From Candidatus Dojkabacteria bacterium (GTDB taxonomy: Bacteria; Patescibacteriota; Dojkabacteria; J137), in assembly GCA_040006935.1 (NCBI GenBank), contig JBDTVZ010000002.1, positions 144,174 through 208,173 on the forward strand: 64,000 nt of DNA, given 5' to 3'. Positions 40,342 through 49,366 of the stretch are shown piece by piece. The number at the start of each line of letters is the position of its first letter. Position 1 is the stretch's first letter. The position numbers and the translations under genes were made by a program. The notes beneath the pieces were generated by a model. It did no database searches. It was not told where the DNA came from and saw only the letters and a program-made list of their open reading frames with translations.

Positions 40342-40725
40342 TTAAAGCACTTCTAATGCCATAGATACGATTTTATTAAATCCTTCGTCTTTTAACTCTC
40401 TTGCAATTGGTCCAAAAACTCTAGTTCCTTTTGGTTCCTTAGTTTCTTTGTTAATAATTGCTGCTGCATTATCGTCGAATTTGATATATGAACCATCATT
40501 TCTTCGAGCTTCCTTTTTACATCTAATTACAACTGCATGTACTACATCTCCTTTTTTATAGTTTGAATTTGGCATTGCTTTCTTTACAGATGCACTGACA
40601 ATATCTCCAACATATCCAAATTTAGAGAATGTTCTTCCTTTTTTCCCACCCAACACTTGAATTACCATGATTTCTCTGGCTCCTGAGTTGTCTGCTACTT
40701 TTAGTCTTGATAATTTTTGAATCAT
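40342..40725 (-). CDS. rplN: 50S ribosomal protein L14
   Basis: [17 protein letters not shown] and [12 protein letters not shown]. Confidence 0.98.
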   Translation of the reverse strand: MIQKLSRLKVADNSGAREIMVIQVLGGKKGRTFSKFGYVGDIVSASVKKAMPNSNYKKGDVVHAVVIRCKKEARRNDGSYIKFDDNAAAIINKETKEPKGTRVFGPIARELKDEGFNKIVSMALEVL

Positions 40726-40729
40726 AAAT

Positions 40730-40984
40730 TTATTTAACTAACAACCAAGATTTTGTCTTGGAAATTGGTTTAGTTGGTACAATATTAACTTTTTGTCCTA
40801 ATTTAACTTCAGTATTATCTGGATTGTGTACAAGATAATTCTTGTGCTCCTTAATAATTTTCCCGTATTTTTTGTGAGGATATTTTCTCTCAACTCTAAC
40901 TTTAATAGTTTGATCTCCAGTTAACTTTACTACCTTTCCTTCTAAACCTTTGATTATTCTTTTTTTTACTTCAGTTTTTTTCAT
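40730..40984 (-). CDS. rpsQ: 30S ribosomal protein S17
   Basis: HKKYGK and PISKTKSW; position in the cluster. Confidence 0.95.
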   Translation of the reverse strand: MKKTEVKKRIIKGLEGKVVKLTGDQTIKVRVERKYPHKKYGKIIKEHKNYLVHNPDNTEVKLGQKVNIVPTKPISKTKSWLLVK

Positions 40985-40985
40985 A

Positions 40986-41222
40986 TTATTTAGTTTGTGA
41001 TTCCTTAGTTTTTAATCTAGCTAATGCTAATTTTAATTTTTTTACTAAAGATGTATTCTTTTCTTTACCTGTTCTAATATCTAATAAAAGTTTTTGTAAT
41101 TCTATTTTTAATTCTGAAACAGTTTTGTTCTCAAAACTAACAACAGCTTTTTTAGTCTTTTTTACTACTTCTTTTACTTCTTCTTCTACTTTTGTTTTTT
41201 TCGTTTTTTTCTCTTCAGCCAT
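40986..41222 (-). CDS. rpmC: 50S ribosomal protein L29 (with K/E-rich N-terminal extension)
   Basis: Lies between rplP and rpsQ; KLKLALARLKT. Start at ATG 41222. Confidence 0.8.
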   Translation of the reverse strand: MAEEKKTKKTKVEEEVKEVVKKTKKAVVSFENKTVSELKIELQKLLLDIRTGKEKNTSLVKKLKLALARLKTKESQTK

Positions 41223-41223
41223 T

Positions 41224-41640
41224 TTATTCAAAGTGATGTTTTGCAATTATTCTAGATTTTAATGAAATTTTATCTTTTGCTCTTTGTAATGCCTCTTTAC
41301 ATGTAGCTTCATCCAAACCTCCAAGTTCAAAAAGAACTCTTCCCGGTTTAACTGCAGCTACAAAATGGTCAACTGGTCCTTTTCCTCCTCCTCTTACAAC
41401 TTCGTCACTTTTCTTAGTAACAGGTTTGTGCGGGAATATGGTTACCCATAATTTTCCTTTTCTTGCTGTATAGTTAGCGATTGCCTTTCTAGCAGATTCA
41501 ATTTCTCGTGCATGAATCCATCCCTTAACTGTTACTTGAAGACCATATTCTCCATAAGAAACTTCTGATCCTCGTAAAGCTAGACCTCTTAATCTTCCTC
41601 TAAATTCTTTTGTGTATTTTCTTTTCTTTGGTTGTAACAT
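41224..41640 (-). CDS. rplP: 50S ribosomal protein L16
   Basis: MLQPKKRKY.KEFRG, IFPHKPVT and VKPGRVLFE. Confidence 0.97.
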   Translation of the reverse strand: MLQPKKRKYTKEFRGRLRGLALRGSEVSYGEYGLQVTVKGWIHAREIESARKAIANYTARKGKLWVTIFPHKPVTKKSDEVVRGGGKGPVDHFVAAVKPGRVLFELGGLDEATCKEALQRAKDKISLKSRIIAKHHFE

Positions 41641-41646
41641 TGTTTA

Positions 41647-42303
41647 TTAATCTATTGAATAAGTTGTCTTTTCTCCTTTATTAATCCAAACTTTTACTCC
41701 GTGCTTTCCAGCTCTTGGTACTTGCGCTTCTGCAAATGCATAATCGATATCTGCTCTAATTGTATGTCTTGGAACAAATCCCCATGATGCTTTTTCAACT
41801 CTTGCCATGTCAGCTCCTCTAATTCTTCCACCAATTCTTACTGAAATACCTTTTATCAACCCAGTAGCCTTGGCTGCATCAATAGCTTTTTGAATTGCCA
41901 TTTTTGGTGCGACCCTTCGTTCACATTGCATTGCAATGTTTTCTGCTACTAATTTTGCAATTGTATCAGGGTTTTTTACTTCGTAAGGTTTAATATCAAC
42001 TGGCTGTTTTAATAGTTTTGATAATTCATCTTTTAGTGTGTTAATTCCTGCTCCACTTCTTCCAATAACAACTCCTGGTCTCGCAACGTTAACCTCAATT
42101 AAAATTTTGTTAACAAATCTCTTTATAATTATAGATGCGACACCTGCAGATTTAAGCTTCTCACTAATAAGCTTTCTTGCTTTTCTATCTCCTAGTAATT
42201 TATCAGAGTAATCAACTTTAGTGGCATACCATCTTGATGGCCAATTTTTGTTGACTCCTATTCTGAATCCTATTGGATTTACTTTGTGTGTACCTCTTGC
42301 CAT
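41647..42303 (-). CDS. rpsC: 30S ribosomal protein S3
   Basis: KVNPIGFRIG, ARPGVVIGRSG, PRHTIRADIDY and GVKVWI. Confidence 0.97.
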   Translation of the reverse strand: MARGTHKVNPIGFRIGVNKNWPSRWYATKVDYSDKLLGDRKARKLISEKLKSAGVASIIIKRFVNKILIEVNVARPGVVIGRSGAGINTLKDELSKLLKQPVDIKPYEVKNPDTIAKLVAENIAMQCERRVAPKMAIQKAIDAAKATGLIKGISVRIGGRIRGADMARVEKASWGFVPRHTIRADIDYAFAEAQVPRAGKHGVKVWINKGEKTTYSID

Positions 42304-42355
42304 TAGATTAATTTATAATTTTATATTGATTATCTTAAAGCCTTGAATTATATCA

Positions 42356-42811
42356 CTATTCTTTAGATTTTTTAACTGTTTTAGCTGTCTTTTTCGTTAC
42401 TTTCTCTGCTTTTTCAACTTTGACTTCTGTTTTTTCTACTTTCTTTTCTTTTTTAATTTGTTTTACTTCATCAATAACTCCATCTGACACAACAACTGTT
42501 ATGTTAGACTTTCCTCTTAACCATCCATAATATCCTCCTCCTTTTGCTCTGGGGTGATAATGCTTTATTCTATTTCCACCTTTATCAATTCTTACTTCCG
42601 ATACAACTAAAGTCTCTAGTTTAGCTTGTTTTTGAATTGCATTTGCTGCTGCGCTTTTAACTGCTTTGTAAACATGTGCTGCAGTTCCCTTTTGCATGAA
42701 TTTTAATGTATTCAAGGCATCGTCAACTTTCATTCCTTTAATTATCATTGCTGGAACTCTAGTCTTCTTTGGTGATATTCCTACGTTTTTTATAATTGCT
42801 ATTGCTTGCAT
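42356..42811 (-). CDS. rplV: 50S ribosomal protein L22 (with C-terminal extension)
   Basis: ISPKKTR, SAAANA and PRAKG. Confidence 0.93.
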   Translation of the reverse strand: MQAIAIIKNVGISPKKTRVPAMIIKGMKVDDALNTLKFMQKGTAAHVYKAVKSAAANAIQKQAKLETLVVSEVRIDKGGNRIKHYHPRAKGGGYYGWLRGKSNITVVVSDGVIDEVKQIKKEKKVEKTEVKVEKAEKVTKKTAKTVKKSKE

Positions 42812-42833
42812 GGTTTTATTAAAACTTTATTAA

Positions 42834-43136
42834 TTATTCTTTACCTCCAGTACTACCTGTAGTTTTTGCGATTTTTCCTTTCTTGCTATGCCCACTAAAT
42901 CTTCTTGTTGGAGAAAATTCACCTAGCTTATGACCAACCATAGACTCAGTTACGAATACCTTATTAAAAATTTTTCCATTATGAACATCAAAATTCATAC
43001 CAACCATTTCTGGAGATATTGTACTGCTTCGAGCCCAAGTTTTGATAGATTTGTTATCTTTCAATTGCTTAGATTTTGAAACTTTTAACATTAATTTTGT
43101 GTCTACGTATGGACCTTTTTTTAGACTTCTAGACAT
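42834..43136 (-). CDS. rpsS: 30S ribosomal protein S19
   Basis: MSRSLKKGP and [13 protein letters not shown]. Confidence 0.98.
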   Translation of the reverse strand: MSRSLKKGPYVDTKLMLKVSKSKQLKDNKSIKTWARSSTISPEMVGMNFDVHNGKIFNKVFVTESMVGHKLGEFSPTRRFSGHSKKGKIAKTTGSTGGKE

Positions 43137-43145
43137 ATTTCTGTA

Positions 43146-44009
43146 TTAAATAATTGATTTATTTTTCTTAAATGCGTTTGTTTCTGGCCTTCTTCTTACA
43201 ATATACTTATTATTTGGATGCCTTCCTCTTCTTGTTCTAGTTCCAACCAAGTTACCCCATGGATCTGATTTTGGTCCTCCTGTTCCGTGTCGTCCACCTT
43301 TTCCTTGTCCTCCAGCATGAGGATGCTTTGTTGACATTGCAACTCCTCTAACAGTTGGTCTTATTCCTTTAAGCCTCTTTCTTCCTGCTTTCCCAATTTT
43401 AATATTCTTTTGATCAGGGTTACTTACTTTTCCAATTGTTGCATAACATGTTTCTTTTACTAATCTTAATTCTGCACTTGGCATTTTCAATTGAACATAT
43501 CCTTTATCTCCTCCCATCACTTGAATTGCAGTTCCAGCAGATCTGGCTATTTGAGCTCCCTTGCCTGGCCATAATTCTACAGCATGTACATAAGTACCTT
43601 GTGGAATATTTTTTAAAGGCAATGCATTTCCTACAGTTATTGGTGCATCTGCTCCGCTAACTACCTTTGCTCCAACTTTTAGAGTGTCTGGGGCCAAAAT
43701 ATACCTTCTATCACCATCTACATATTTTACTAAAGCAATAAATGCTGTTCTATTCGGATCGTATTCAAGAGTTTCTACTACTCCCTTTATTCCCTGTTTC
43801 TCTCTTTTAAAATCAATTACTCTGTAGAGATTCTTTACTCCAGCGCCTCTATGTCTGACAGTAACTCTGCCAAGATTATTTCTACCTGCATGTGTCTTTA
43901 TAGAAATTGTTAATCTCTTATGAGGTTTAGCGTCAGAAAGCTCTCTTCTATCTATCAATACAGCATGCCTTGTTCCTGGACTTGTTGGGTTTAATTTCTT
44001 TAATGCCAT
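43146..44009 (-). CDS. rplB: 50S ribosomal protein L2
   Basis: GRNNLGRVTVRHRG, EYDPNRTAFIAL and RPTVRGVAM. Confidence 0.98.
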   Translation of the reverse strand: MALKKLNPTSPGTRHAVLIDRRELSDAKPHKRLTISIKTHAGRNNLGRVTVRHRGAGVKNLYRVIDFKREKQGIKGVVETLEYDPNRTAFIALVKYVDGDRRYILAPDTLKVGAKVVSGADAPITVGNALPLKNIPQGTYVHAVELWPGKGAQIARSAGTAIQVMGGDKGYVQLKMPSAELRLVKETCYATIGKVSNPDQKNIKIGKAGRKRLKGIRPTVRGVAMSTKHPHAGGQGKGGRHGTGGPKSDPWGNLVGTRTRRGRHPNNKYIVRRRPETNAFKKNKSII

Positions 44010-44086
44010 AATTTAATTATCAGTTTTTAGTTATTAGTTTTAGGTTGAATGAATTTAAATTTATTATTTTGTTCTTCTTCTTTTAA

Positions 44087-44107
44087 CCTGCCTGCCTGTA
44101 GGCATGG
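44087..44107. repeat. 21-bp cctgcc..gcatgg palindromic element inside the S10 cluster
   Basis: ttttaa[cctgcctgcctgtaggcatgg]ttattaa between rplW and rplB. Confidence 0.75.
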
Positions 44108-44120
44108 TTATTAATTTATT

Positions 44121-44411
44121 TTATTTACTAGCTTCTTCAAAAATATCGATTTTATTTGTGTCTGCTAATTTAAATACCATAATTTTCTTATCTTCATTTT
44201 TGATCAATTGTCTGTTTAATCTATTCATTTTATATTTACCCATTCTGCTATTTACTGTAACTCCTACAACTTTTACGTCGTATGAAGTTTCCAACGCTTT
44301 TGCCGCTTTTAGTTTATCTGCTTTTACATCAACTAGAAAAGTTACTTTTCCTTCAGTCTTATATTTTGATATAGATTTTTCTGTTAAAACAGGCATTCTT
44401 ATAATATTCAT
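44121..44411 (-). CDS. rplW: 50S ribosomal protein L23
   Basis: PVLTEKS, F.V...A.K and KKIMVFKL; position in the cluster. Confidence 0.92.
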   Translation of the reverse strand: MNIIRMPVLTEKSISKYKTEGKVTFLVDVKADKLKAAKALETSYDVKVVGVTVNSRMGKYKMNRLNRQLIKNEDKKIMVFKLADTNKIDIFEEASK

Positions 44412-44412
44412 A

Positions 44413-45045
44413 TTACTTTTTTGATCTCAATTTAATAAATTCTAATGCTGACTCTTCAATTAAGACATCTCCTCCGTTTAATAAATCATATACGTTTACA
44501 TCACTTACTAATTTAACAGAGTGCTTATTAATATTTGAAAATGCATTTATTAATTCTGGTCTCATTTCTGATGTTATTACAGTCATTTTCTTAGGATTTC
44601 CAAAACTTGTAGAGATATCTAAAGCTTGCTTTGTTAAAGGTTTCGAATCTTCCACTACCAACATATCAATTAATTTCAATTTGTCGCCAGCTAATAATTT
44701 CGATAATGCTGATCTCAATGCAACTGCTCTGAATTGTTTTGTTGTTTTTTTAGTCCAGTTCACATTACTCTTTGGTCCATGTGCTCTACCTCCTCCTTTC
44801 CAAATCGGTGATCTAATAGAACCTGCTCTTGCTCTTCCAGTACCTTTTTGTTTAAAAGGTTTTTTACCTCCACCGCTTACTTGTGCTTTAGTTTTTGTAT
44901 TTGCGTTTCCTTCTCTTTGATTACTTAGATATGTATATACGTACTGTGAAAGAACTTGGTTGTTTACTTCAGTTCCAAAGATTTCGTCAGAAACTTCAAC
45001 TTCTTTTACTTTTTTAGCTTTTTGATTGTAAATTGGTAATAACAT
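44413..45045 (-). CDS. rplD: 50S ribosomal protein L4
   Basis: VSGGGKKPFKQKGTGRARAGSIRSP.WKGGG.AHGPK. Confidence 0.98.
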   Translation of the reverse strand: MLLPIYNQKAKKVKEVEVSDEIFGTEVNNQVLSQYVYTYLSNQREGNANTKTKAQVSGGGKKPFKQKGTGRARAGSIRSPIWKGGGRAHGPKSNVNWTKKTTKQFRAVALRSALSKLLAGDKLKLIDMLVVEDSKPLTKQALDISTSFGNPKKMTVITSEMRPELINAFSNINKHSVKLVSDVNVYDLLNGGDVLIEESALEFIKLRSKK

Positions 45046-45050
45046 GTTCT

Positions 45051-45674
45051 TTATTTTGTTTTAAGTACTAAATAACTTCCTTTGCTTCCTGGTATTGCTC
45101 CAGAAACGGCTATTAATTTATTTTCTACATCGATCATTGCGATTTTTAAATTCTTTATTGTTTTTGCTCGATTTCCCATATGTCCGCCCATTTTCTTTCC
45201 CTTAAAAACTCTTCCGGGAATAGTTCTTGTTCCTAAAGATCCTGGTGCTCTTTCTCTGTCTGATGCTCCGTGTGTTCTAGGTAAGCCATGGAATCCCCAT
45301 CTTTTTACAACTCCTTGAAATCCTTTTCCCTTATCAGTTCCCGAAATATCAATTTTTTCGCCTTCTTTAAATACACTTAAATCGATTTCTGCTCCTTCCT
45401 CTAGAGATTCTAAATTTTGAGATGAGATTGATTTAACTGTAAAAACGCTTTTAAAAGTAGGTACATAACCTAATGCTTTGTAATTTCCAACTTCAGACTT
45501 ATCTCCTGATTTCTTCTTATCTTTTCCAATCTCAATATGAGAAACTTGATCTCCTTTTTTTAACTTTTTGGATATAACATTATTAGAAACATCTATAACT
45601 GTTGCTGGAATAGATAATCCTTTTTCTGTGAAGATCTGAGTCATTCCAATTTTTTTTCCTATTAACACTTTCAT
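45051..45674 (-). CDS. rplC: 50S ribosomal protein L3
   Basis: GKKIGMTQIF, KGKGFQGVVKRWGF and PGRVFKGKKMGGHMG. Confidence 0.98.
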   Translation of the reverse strand: MKVLIGKKIGMTQIFTEKGLSIPATVIDVSNNVISKKLKKGDQVSHIEIGKDKKKSGDKSEVGNYKALGYVPTFKSVFTVKSISSQNLESLEEGAEIDLSVFKEGEKIDISGTDKGKGFQGVVKRWGFHGLPRTHGASDRERAPGSLGTRTIPGRVFKGKKMGGHMGNRAKTIKNLKIAMIDVENKLIAVSGAIPGSKGSYLVLKTK

Positions 45675-45679
45675 ATTAT

Positions 45680-45982
45680 TTAGTTTTTAATTTGAACATC
45701 AACACCTGCAGGAAGCTGCATGTGTGTTAAAGCTTCAATAGTTTTTGGATTAAAATCGACTACATCTAGTAATCTCAAGTGTTCGAAAAGTCTGAAATGC
45801 TCCTTGTGCTTTGCATCAATATGCGGACCTTTATGTACTGCTACAGACCATTTTCTGGTTGGCAATGGGATTGGTCCTCTTATTTTCGCACCAGTATCAA
45901 TAACTGCTTTGCAAACATCTGAGGTTGCTTTATCTACAACTCTGAAGTCAAATCCTTTTATTTTTACTCTGATTTTTTGCAT
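45680..45982 (-). CDS. rpsJ: 30S ribosomal protein S10
   Basis: KIRVKIKGFD, GPIPLPT and LPAGVDV. Confidence 0.97.
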   Translation of the reverse strand: MQKIRVKIKGFDFRVVDKATSDVCKAVIDTGAKIRGPIPLPTRKWSVAVHKGPHIDAKHKEHFRLFEHLRLLDVVDFNPKTIEALTHMQLPAGVDVQIKN

Positions 45983-46020
45983 ACTAATTTTTAAGTAACT
46001 TTATCTTTAATAATGATAAT

Positions 46021-46054
46021 AAAGAGTCCTAAGTGTTTGTCCTTAGGACTCTTT
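46021..46054 (-). terminator. hairpin/terminator between tuf and rpsJ
   Basis: aaagagtcctaag / cttaggactcttt 13-bp perfect IR, followed on the minus strand by T-rich sequence. Confidence 0.7.
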
Positions 46055-46066
46055 GTAAAATCAACC

Positions 46067-47260
46067 TTATGCAACGATTTCGATAACAACTCCCGCTCCT
46101 ACTGTTCTACCACCTTCTCTAATTGCGAAAGTGACTCCCTTTTCGAGGGCAACCTTAGTTACAAGCTTTACCTCTACAGTTACATTATCAGCTGGCATAA
46201 CTAGTTGAGTTCCTTCTGGAAGGATTACCTCTCCTGTTACATCTGCAGTTTTAATGTAGAACTGTGGTCTATAACCAGTTCCAAATCCAGTGTGTCGTCC
46301 ACCCTCATCCTTAGATAAGATGTAGATTTCTGCTTTGAAATGAGTGTGTGGTTTAATAGAACCTTTAGCTGCTAATACTTGACCTCTTTCAATATCTTCT
46401 CTCTTAATACCTCTGATTAATAATCCAACATTGTCTCCAGCTTGTCCTTGAGTAAGTTGTTTTTTAAACATTTCTACTCCAGTAATAGTAACTTCTTTTG
46501 AGTTATCCATTAAACCGATTTGTTCAACAATATCGTTTACTTTTACAACTCCTCTTTCAATTCTTCCTGTTGCAACTGTTCCTCTTCCTTCAATTGAGAA
46601 TACATCTTCAACTGGCATTAAGAATGGTTTATCTATTTCTCTTTGTGGCATTGGAATTGTTTCGTCCATTGCCTTTAGTAAAGCAGCCATTGTCTCGTCG
46701 CCATCTTTTTCTCCTGTTGTACCGTATAAAGCAGATCCAACTACGAATGGAACTTTGTCTGCATCGTATTTGTATTTCTTTAATAAGTCCTTAATTTCTT
46801 CTTTGATTAATTCTAATAAGTCAGAGTCCATATCGTCATCAAATCTATTGATGAAAACAACAATATGTTGAACTCCAACTTGGTGAGCTAGCAATAAATG
46901 CTCTTTAGTTTGAGGCATTGGACCGTCTGCAGCAGAAACTACTAAGATAGCTCCATCCATTTGAGCTGCTCCAGTAATCATATTCTTTATATAGTCCTTA
47001 TGTCCTGGACAGTCGATGTGAGCATAATGTCTTAATTCTGATTCATATTCAACGTGTGAAGATGCAACTGTTACAATCTTGTTTGATCCAGCTCTTGCGA
47101 TTCCACCCTTAGCAATATCTGCGTAACTCTTTCCAGAGTTTTGCCATCCTTTTCTTTGTGAATATGCAACTAAAGCTGCTGTTAATGTAGTTTTACCGTG
47201 GTCAATATGTCCTAGAGTACCAACATTTACATGTGGTTTTGTTCTTTGAAACTCAGCCAT
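46067..47260 (-). CDS. tuf: elongation factor Tu (atypical switch I and G4 motif)
   Basis: [41 protein letters not shown] and [13 protein letters not shown]. Confidence 0.97.
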   Translation of the reverse strand: MAEFQRTKPHVNVGTLGHIDHGKTTLTAALVAYSQRKGWQNSGKSYADIAKGGIARAGSNKIVTVASSHVEYESELRHYAHIDCPGHKDYIKNMITGAAQMDGAILVVSAADGPMPQTKEHLLLAHQVGVQHIVVFINRFDDDMDSDLLELIKEEIKDLLKKYKYDADKVPFVVGSALYGTTGEKDGDETMAALLKAMDETIPMPQREIDKPFLMPVEDVFSIEGRGTVATGRIERGVVKVNDIVEQIGLMDNSKEVTITGVEMFKKQLTQGQAGDNVGLLIRGIKREDIERGQVLAAKGSIKPHTHFKAEIYILSKDEGGRHTGFGTGYRPQFYIKTADVTGEVILPEGTQLVMPADNVTVEVKLVTKVALEKGVTFAIREGGRTVGAGVVIEIVA

Positions 47261-47451
47261 ATCTATTATGTAATATATAAAATTAGTATTTCTTTTAGAC
47301 TAAAATCCGATTATAAATTATAACGACACATATTGCAAACAAATTCTTAACGAATTTGTTTTTTTGCAAATCGCTAGTAATAATAGCATTTCCAAATAAG
47401 AATTGCACTAAATTTACTCGAGAAAATGTAATAAATTTGTAGAAAATTTTA

Positions 47452-47575
47452 ACTAATATCAAATAACAAATTTACAATACTCAATTTTCAAACAGAGATC
47501 AGTTTATTTAGGACTTTAGATTCGTTTGGTTATCGGATATTTAAAATTTATTTGTCATTTGGAATTTGATATTTT
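47452..47575. repeat. AT-rich heptamer-periodic inverted repeat shell
   Basis: aatatcaaataacaaatttacaatactcaattttcaaac arm versus gtttgg..atttatttgtcatttggaatttgatatt arm. Confidence 0.5.
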
Positions 47576-47609
47576 ACGACTGCAAAACCAAGGAGAAATG
47601 TAACCTGCC

Positions 47610-47699
47610 TGTAGATAACTGCCATGAGAGTAAATGGGGTGGTAAAGCCAATAGAAATCTATTCTTCATAAGTTCACTGAGATTTCTAACTGTATAGTC
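47610..47699. repeat. ~90-bp structured intergenic element, copy B
   Basis: Collinear similarity to 19142-19235; stem tagaaatct..agatttcta. Confidence 0.7.
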
Positions 47700-47733
47700 T
47701 TGAAGGAAACTTAAACCAGAACTCCTTAAGATA

Positions 47734-47801
47734 CCTCACCCGTCTCTCATTTCATTCGAGCCACCCTCTCCATCAAAGATGGAGAGGGACTGGGGGTGAG
47801 G
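47734..47801. repeat. ccctctcc..ggagaggg..ggggtgagg REP-like palindrome
   Basis: Outer IR cctcaccc/gggtgagg and inner hairpin ccctctccatc-aaa-gatggagaggg. Relative at 60339-60371. Confidence 0.85.
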
Positions 47802-47803
47802 CG

Positions 47804-48862
47804 TTATTTTTCTAGAAATTCTTTTAATGTAAGGCCACTATCTTTCCACTTTTTTGCTGCTTCTATTCCTATATATCTGTAATGCCATGCTTCGTGGGAA
47901 TATCCAGTAATTGCATCTTTACCATCAGGATAAGATTGTACAAAACCGTACTTATAAGAGTTATTTATTAGCCATTGACCAGCGATCGTTGTATCGAATT
48001 CATTTACAAAATCGTAACCACTATCTCCACTCATAAAATCTATGGCTGTTCCTAACTGATGTTCGGAGAATCCGGGGCGAGCGGAAACTTTATCGGCTTC
48101 TTCTTGACCTAGTTGCCTGACCCATGATGCATATTGTTGGAATTGGTTATTGTAAGATCTATAGGCTGAAGCAATTGTTAACGGTTTCCCCGTTTCAGCC
48201 ATTAATCTTTGGATCATAAGTGATAGACCTTCTGCGGCTTCTTTTCTAAGCATTAAGTCTTGTGTTTGAACTAAAAGGTTTTTATCGTCAAATAATTTGA
48301 CTAGATCTGTGGGTTCGTAATCACTAACCAATTTATGACCTTTGTTGACTTGAACTAAGAAATTATCACCGTCAACTGTGTAAACACTGTTTTCCCAATC
48401 ACTAATATCTCGAAGTCCTAATGGGAGGTCAAATTCTGTTCTAATAATTGCGACTGTTAGACTTTTTGTACTTCCACTGGAAGTTTTAAATGTAACTGGA
48501 ACCGTTGATGTTCCAATACCTAGGTTTAAGATTTCCAGTGCATAATATTTAGTTCCTTCGTTATCTTTTACAAAAGTTAGTTTGAATTTATCGCTATTAT
48601 CTGTAGATATATCTTGATTAGAAATTATGGTTAAAGAAATTCTTGGCTGGAATGTTTCGTGCTTACCTGACTTGATTTCTACTTCTAAAGGAAATTGATT
48701 TGAAGTATCTACAGGGCTACTGACAGGTTTGATAAATGTTGTGATTGTTGATCTAATTTCTGAAAGTAAATCGATTTTGAAAACCAAGCTGGCCGCAAGC
48801 ACTAGAATTACTGATATAACTATTATTAATATAATTGTAATTATTGGTTTTGGTATTTTCAT
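47804..48862 (-). CDS. M15 family D-Ala-D-Ala carboxypeptidase (VanY-like), membrane anchored
   Basis: SAYRSY, ARPGFSEHQLGTAID and EAWHYRYIG. Confidence 0.92.
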   Translation of the reverse strand: MKIPKPIITIILIIVISVILVLAASLVFKIDLLSEIRSTITTFIKPVSSPVDTSNQFPLEVEIKSGKHETFQPRISLTIISNQDISTDNSDKFKLTFVKDNEGTKYYALEILNLGIGTSTVPVTFKTSSGSTKSLTVAIIRTEFDLPLGLRDISDWENSVYTVDGDNFLVQVNKGHKLVSDYEPTDLVKLFDDKNLLVQTQDLMLRKEAAEGLSLMIQRLMAETGKPLTIASAYRSYNNQFQQYASWVRQLGQEEADKVSARPGFSEHQLGTAIDFMSGDSGYDFVNEFDTTIAGQWLINNSYKYGFVQSYPDGKDAITGYSHEAWHYRYIGIEAAKKWKDSGLTLKEFLEK

Positions 48863-48908
48863 ATTTTAAATTATAATCCAATATATATAGTTAAGCCAGC
48901 TGAGTTTT

Positions 48909-49358
48909 ATGTTAACGAAATCTATTCAATTAGTAAATGGAACTCAAGAAATCGAAATTAAAGAAGATATGGAGATTAACGCCATGTTTGTTGGACGTGA
49001 TTCTGATGAAGTGAAAATTAAGCTAGACTTTGTACATTCAAAACCAGGACTAAAATCCAGAATTAATATTAAAGCAGTTGTGTTTGATAAAGCTAGGTTT
49101 GACTTAGAAGGAATATTAAAAATAAATAAAGGTGCTATTGGAACAGATACTTATTTAAAGATAGATTGCTTAGTAATGAGTGAATCTGCTTTTGCCAGAG
49201 CTGTACCAAGTTTGGAAATTAAAGAAAGTGAAGTAAAAGGAGGGCATGGAGCAACAATTGGATATTTAGATCCAATGCAAACTTACTATTTAACTTCAAG
49301 AGGGATGAGTAAAAAGAAAGCAGAGAATATATTGGTCGATGCGTTTATTAGGAATTGA
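48909..49358 (+). CDS. short SufB/SufD-family protein (C-terminal core only)
   Basis: VPSLEIKESEVKGGHGATIG.LD..Q.YYL.SRGM..AE..LVDAF. Confidence 0.85.
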   Translation: MLTKSIQLVNGTQEIEIKEDMEINAMFVGRDSDEVKIKLDFVHSKPGLKSRINIKAVVFDKARFDLEGILKINKGAIGTDTYLKIDCLVMSESAFARAVPSLEIKESEVKGGHGATIGYLDPMQTYYLTSRGMSKKKAENILVDAFIRN

Positions 49359-49366
49359 TCCTTCCA

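Noticed and set aside
36598-46794. Short antisense or alternate-frame ORFs over ribosomal genes and tuf
   Set aside because: They are shadows of well-conserved genes with no independent motifs.
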